Assembly (NCBI GenBank): GCA_040954595.2
Contig: CM082594.2
Coordinates: 10,542,176-10,606,175, forward strand
From: Balanoglossus misakiensis
Taxonomy: Eukaryota > Animalia > Hemichordata
Length of the DNA stretch: 64,000 nt
Direction: 5' to 3'
This document shows, piece by piece, positions 58,001 to 64,000 of this stretch. Position 1 is the first letter of the stretch, and each line of letters opens with the position of its first letter. Both the position numbers and the translations under genes were made by a program. The notes under the pieces are model-generated. The model was not told the DNA's origin. It saw only the letters and a list, made by a program, of their open reading frames with translations, and searched no databases.

Positions 58001-61000
58001 CGTGAAAAATCGACGATTTTTCGACTTTGCGAATTTTCAAAATTTGGTCATTTTTTGAAAAAACCATGGGTTATAGCTCAGGAAAATCGTGAAAAATCGA
58101 CGATTTTTCGACTTTGCGAATTTTAAAATTTGGTCATTTTTTGAAAAAACCATGGGTTATAGCTCAGGAAAATCGTGAAAAATCGACGATTTTTCGACTT
58201 TGCGAATTTTCAAAATTTGGTCATTTTTTGAAAAAACCATGGGTTATAGCTCAGGAAAATCGTGAAAAATCGACGATTTTTCGACTTTGCGAATTTTCAA
58301 AATTTGGTCATTTTTGAAAAAACCATGGGTTATAGCTCAGGAAAATCGTGAAAAATCGACGATTTTTCGACTTTGCGAATTTTCAAAATTTGGTCATTTT
58401 TTGAAAAAACCATGGGTTATAGCTCAGGAAAATCGTGAAAAATCGACGATTTTTCGACTTTGCGAATTTTCAAAATTTGGTCATTTTTTGAAAAAACCAT
58501 GGGTTATAGCTCAGGAAAATCGTGAAAAATCGACGATTTTTCGACTTTGCGAATTTTGAAAATTTGGTCATTTTTTGAAAAAACCATGGGTTATAGCTCA
58601 GGAAAATCGTGAAAAATCGACGATTTTTCGACTTTGCGAATTTTGAAAATTTGGTCATTTTTTGAAAAAACCATGGGTTATAGCTCAGGAAAATCGTGAA
58701 AAATCGACGATTTTTCGACTTTGCGAATTTTGAAAATTTGGTCATTTTTTGAAAAAACCATGGGTTATAGCTCAGGAAAATCGTGAAAAATCGACGATTT
58801 TTCGACTTTGCGAATTTTGAAAATTTGGTCATTTTTTGAAAAAACCATGGGTTATAGCTCAGGAAAATCGTGAAAAATCGACGATTTTTCGACTTTGCGA
58901 ATTTTTAAAATTTGGTCATTTTTTGAAAAAACCATGGGTTATAGCTCAGGAAAATCGTGAAAAATCGACGATTTTTCGACTTTGCGAATTTTGAAAATTT
59001 GGTCATTTTTTGAAAAAACCATGGGTTATAGCTCAGGAAAATCGTGAAAAATCGACGATTTTTCGACTTTGCGAATTTTCAAAATTTGGTCATTTTTTGA
59101 AAAAACCATGGGTTATAGCTCAGGAAAATCGTGAAAAATCGACGATTTTTCGACTTTGCGAATTTTCAAAATTTGGTCATTTTTTGAAAAAACCATGGGT
59201 TATAGCTCAGGAAAATCGTGAAAAATCGACGATTTTTCGACTTTGCGAATTTTCAAAATTTGGTCATTTTTTGAAAAAACCATGGGTTATAGCTCAGGAA
59301 AATCGTGAAAAATCGACGATTTTTCGACTTTGCGAATTTTCAAAATTTGGTCATTTTTTGAAAAAACCATGGGTTATAGCTCAGGAAAATCGTGAAAAAT
59401 CGACGATTTTTCGACTTTGCGAATTTTGAAAATTTGGTCATTTTTTGAAAAAACCATGGGTTATAGCTCAGGAAAATCGTGAAAAATCGACGATTTTTCG
59501 ACTTTGCGAATTTTCAAAATTTTGGGTCATTTTTTGAAAAAACCATGGGTTATAGCTCAGGAAAATCGTGAAAAATCGACGATTTTTCGACTTTGCGAAT
59601 TTTCAAAATTTGGTCATTTTTTGAAAAAACCATGGGTTATAGCTCAGGAAAATCGTGAAAAATCGACGATTTTTCGACTTTGCGAATTTTCAAAATTTGG
59701 TCATTTTTTGAAAAAACCATGGGTTATAGCTCAGGAAAATCGTGAAAAATCGACGATTTTTCGACTTTGCGAATTTTCAAAATTTGGTCATTTTTGAAAA
59801 AACCATGGGTTATAGCTCAGGAAAATCGTGAAAAATCGACGATTTTTCGACTTTGCGAATTTTCAAAATTTGGTCATTTTTTGAAAAAACCATGGGTTAT
59901 AGCTCAGGAAAATCGTGAAAAATCGACGATTTTTCGACTTTGCGAATTTTGAAAATTTGGTCATTTTTTGAAAAAACCATGGGTTATAGCTCAGGAAAAT
60001 CGTGAAAAATCGACGATTTTTCGACTTTGCGAATTTTGAAAATTTGGTCATTTTTTGAAAAAACCATGGGTTATAGCTCAGGAAAATCGTGAAAAATCGA
60101 CGATTTTTCGACTTTGCGAATTTTGAAAATTTGGTCATTTTTTGAAAAAACCATGGGTTATAGCTCAGGAAAATCGTGAAAAATCGACGATTTTTCGACT
60201 TTGCGAATTTTGAAAATTTGGTCATTTTTTGAAAAAACCATGGGTTATAGCTCAGGAAAATCGTGAAAAATCGACGATTTTTCGACTTTGCGAATTTTGA
60301 AAATTTGGTCATTTTTTGAAAAAACCATGGGTTATAGCTCAGGAAAATCGTGAAAAATCGACGATTTTTCGACTTTGCGAATTTTGAAAATTTGGTCATT
60401 TTTTGAAAAAACCATGGGTTATAGCTCAGGAAAATCGTGAAAAATCGACGATTTTTCGACTTTGCGAATTTTGAAAATTTGGTCATTTTTTGAAAAAACC
60501 ATGGGTTATAGCTCAGGAAAATCGTGAAAAATCGACGATTTTTCGACTTTGCGAATTTTGAAAATTTGGTCATTTTTTGAAAAAACCATGGGTTATAGCT
60601 CAGGAAAATCGTGAAAAATCGACGATTTTTCGACTTTGCGAATTTTGAAAATTTGGTCATTTTTTGAAAAAACCATGGGTTATAGCTCAGGAAAATCGTG
60701 AAAAATCGACGATTTTTCGACTTTGCGAATTTTGAAAATTTGGTCATTTTTTGAAAAAAACCATGGGTTATAGCTCAGGAAAATCGTGAAAAATCGACGA
60801 TTTTTCGACTTTGCGAATTTTGAAAATTTGGTCATTTTTTGAAAAAACCATGGGTTATAGCTCAGGAAAATCGTGAAAAATCGACGATTTTTCGACTTTG
60901 CGAATTTTGAAAATTTGGTCATTTTTTGAAAAAAACCATGGGTTATAGCTCAGGAAAATCGTGAAAAATCGACGATTTTTCGACTTTGCGAATTTTGAAA

Positions 61001-64000
61001 ATTTGGTCATTTTTTGAAAAAACCATGGGTTATAGCTCAGGAAAATCGTGAAAAATCGACGATTTTTCGACTTTGCGAATTTTGAAAATTTGGTCATTTT
61101 TTGAAAAAACCATGGGTTATAGCTCAGGAAAATCGTGAAAAATCGACGATTTTTCGACTTTGAGATTTTTTGATATAAATTTGGTCATTTTTTGAAAAAA
61201 CCATGGGTTATAGCTCAGGAAAATCGTGAAAAATCGACGATTTTTCGACTTTGCGAATTTTGAAAATTTGGTCATTTTTTGAAAAAACCATGGGTTATAG
61301 CTCAGGAAAATCGTGAAAAATCGACGATTTTTCGACTTTGCGAATTTTGAAAATTTGGTCATTTTTTGAAAAAACCATGGGTTATAGCTCAGGAAAATCG
61401 TGAAAAATCGACGATTTTTCGACTTTGCGAATTTTGAAAATTTGGTCATTTTTTGAAAAAACCATGGGTTATAGCTCAGGAAAATCGTGAAAAATCGACG
61501 ATTTTTCGACTTTGCGAATTTTGAAAATTTGGTCATTTTTTGAAAAAACCATGGGTTATAGCTCAGGAAAATCGTGAAAAATCGACGATTTTTCGACTTT
61601 GCGAATTTTGAAAATTTGGTCATTTTTTGAAAAAACCATGGGTTATAGCTCAGGAAAATCGTGAAAAATCGACGATTTTTCGACTTTGCGAATTTTGAAA
61701 ATTTGGTCATTTTTTGAAAAAACCATGGGTTATAGCTCAGGAAAATCGTGAAAAATCGACGATTTTTCGACTTTGCGAATTTTGAAAATTTGGTCATTTT
61801 TGAAAAAACCATGGGTTATAGCTCAGGAAAATCGTGAAAAATCGACGATTTTTCGACTTTGCGAATTTTGAAAATTTGGTCATTTTTTGAAAAAACCATG
61901 GGTTATAGCTCAGGAAAATCGTGAAAAATCGACGATTTTTCGACTTTGCGAATTTTGAAAATTTGGTCATTTTTTGAAAAAACCATGGGTTATAGCTCAG
62001 GAAAATCGTGAAAAATCGACGATTTTTCGACTTTGCGAATTTTGAAAATTTGGTCATTTTTTGAAAAAACCATGGGTTATAGCTCAGGAAAATCGTGAAA
62101 AATCGACGATTTTTCGACTTTGCGAATTTTGAAAATTTGGTCATTTTTTGAAAAAACCATGGGTTATAGCTCAGGAAAATCGTGAAAAATCGACGATTTT
62201 TCGACTTTGCGAATTTTGAAAATTTGGTCATTTTTTGAAAAAACCATGGGTTATAGCTCAGGAAAATCGTGAAAAATCGACGATTTTTCGACTTTGCGAA
62301 TTTTGAAAATTTGGTCATTTTTTGAAAAAACCATGGGTTATAGCTCAGGAAAATCGTGAAAAATCGACGATTTTTCGACTTTGCGAATTTTGAAAATTTG
62401 GTCATTTTTTGAAAAAACCATGGGTTATAGCTCAGGAAAATCGTGAAAAATCGACGATTTTTCGACTTTGCGAATTTTGAAAATTTGGTCATTTTTTGAA
62501 AAAAACCATGGGTTATAGCTCAGGAAAATCGTGAAAAATCGACGATTTTTCGACTTTGCGAATTTTGAAAATTTGGTCATTTTTTGAAAAAACCATGGGT
62601 TATAGCTCAGGAAAATCGTGAAAAATCGACGATTTTTCGACTTTGCGAATTTTGAAAATTTGGTCATTTTTTGAAAAAACCATGGGTTATAGCTCAGGAA
62701 AATCGTGAAAAATCGACGATTTTTCGACTTTGCGAATTTTGAAAATTTGGTCATTTTTTGAAAAAACCATGGGTTATAGCTCAGGAAAATCGTGAAAAAT
62801 CGACGATTTTTCGACTTTGCGAATTTTGAAAATTTGGTCATTTTTTGAAAAAACCATGGGTTATAGCTCAGGAAAATCGTGAAAAATCGACGATTTTTCG
62901 ACTTTGCGAATTTTGAAAATTTGGTCATTTTTTGAAAAAACCATGGGTTATAGCTCAGGAAAATCGTGAAAAATCGACGATTTTTCGACTTTGCGAATTT
63001 TGAAAATTTGGTCATTTTTTGAAAAAACCATGGGTTATAGCTCAGGAAAATCGTGAAAAATCGACGATTTTTCGACTTTGCGAATTTTGAAAATTTGGTC
63101 ATTTTTTGAAAAAACCATGGGTTATAGCTCAGGAAAATCGTGAAAAATCGACGATTTTTCGACTTTGCGAATTTTGAAAATTTGGTCATTTTTTGAAAAA
63201 ACCATGGGTTATAGCTCAGGAAAATCGTGAAAAATCGACGATTTTTCGACTTTGCGAATTTTGAAAATTTGGTCATTTTTTGAAAAAACCATGGGTTATA
63301 GCTCAGGAAAATCGTGAAAAATCGACGATTTTTCGACTTTGCGAATTTTGAAAATTTGGTCATTTTTTGAAAAAACCATGGGTTATAGCTCAGGAAAATC
63401 GTGAAAAATCGACGATTTTTCGACTTTGCGAATTTTGAAAATTTGGTCATTTTTTGAAAAAACCATGGGTTATAGCTCAGGAAAATCGTGAAAAATCGAC
63501 GATTTTTCGACTTTGCGAATTTTGAAAATTTGGTCATTTTTTGAAAAAACCATGGGTTATAGCTCAGGAAAATCGTGAAAAATCGACGATTTTTCGACTT
63601 TGCGAATTTTGAAAATTTGGTCATTTTTTGAAAAAAACCATGGGTTATAGCTCAGGAAAATCGTGAAAATCGACGATTTTTCGACTTTGCGAATTTTGAA
63701 AATTTGGTCATTTTTTGAAAAAACCATGGGTTATAGCTCAGGAAAATCGTGAAAAATCGACGATTTTTCGACTTTGCGAATTTTGAAAATTTGGTCATTT
63801 TTTGAAAAACCATGGGTTATAGCTCAGGAAAATCGTGAAAAATCGACGATTTTTCGACTTTGCGAATTTTGAAAATTTGGTCATTTTTTGAAAAACCATG
63901 GGTTATAGCTCAGGAAAATCGTGAAAAATCGACGATTTTTCGACTTTGCGAATTTGAAAATTTGGTCATTTTTTGAAAAAACCATGGGTTATAGCTCAGG
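52030..64000 (+). repeat. Satellite subtype B, 87-bp monomer, about 138 copies, continuing off the window
   Basis: Monomer aaaatttggtcattttttgaaaaaaccatgggttatagctcaggaaaatcgtgaaaaatcgacgatttttcgactttgcgaattttg. The same register recurs at 54781 and 56521 (1740 = 20 x 87). Confidence 0.98.

Noticed and set aside
61155-61185. Aberrant monomer (tgagattttttgatataaat)
   Set aside because: Single occurrence in a homopolymer-rich array, most likely a sequencing or consensus error.
51695-63624. Long ORFs of up to 667 aa made of 29-aa repeats
   Set aside because: Artefact of an 87-bp (3n) satellite with stop-free frames. They break at homopolymer indels and have no gene features.
48494-64000. CRISPR array
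   Set aside because: Head-to-tail identical monomers with no unique spacers and no cas genes, in a eukaryotic context.

Overview
Eukaryotic, intron-rich animal genomic DNA. A marine invertebrate such as a hemichordate is my guess, not something the sequence demonstrates. The first ~48.3 kb holds five protein-coding genes: (1) a complete ~64-exon inner-arm axonemal dynein heavy chain of DNAH6 type (+, 347-26178); (2) a convergent 5-exon coiled-coil/Mieap (SPATA18-like) C-terminal-domain gene (-, 30481-27234); (3) a RING-Bbox1-Bbox2-coiled-coil TRIM gene with an intronless CDS (-, 33557-32400); (4) a canonical alpha-tubulin (+, 38517-40841); (5) a 9-coding-exon cytosolic HSC70/HSP70 with heat-shock elements (+, 44107-47843). 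About 75 bp after the HSP70 poly(A) signal, ~2 decayed, inverted satellite monomers lead through a fold-back hairpin junction into a >15 kb homogeneous satellite array. The array has an 88-bp subtype A followed by an 87-bp subtype B, runs off the window and looks (peri)centromeric. The most notable signals not explained by the ORF track are: in-frame cassette exons and a microexon hidden in DNAH6 introns, RFX X-box-like motifs around the cilia-associated genes, two miniature transposon-like elements, and the layered, inverted architecture of the gene-satellite boundary. All coordinates were derived by hand and no searches were run.
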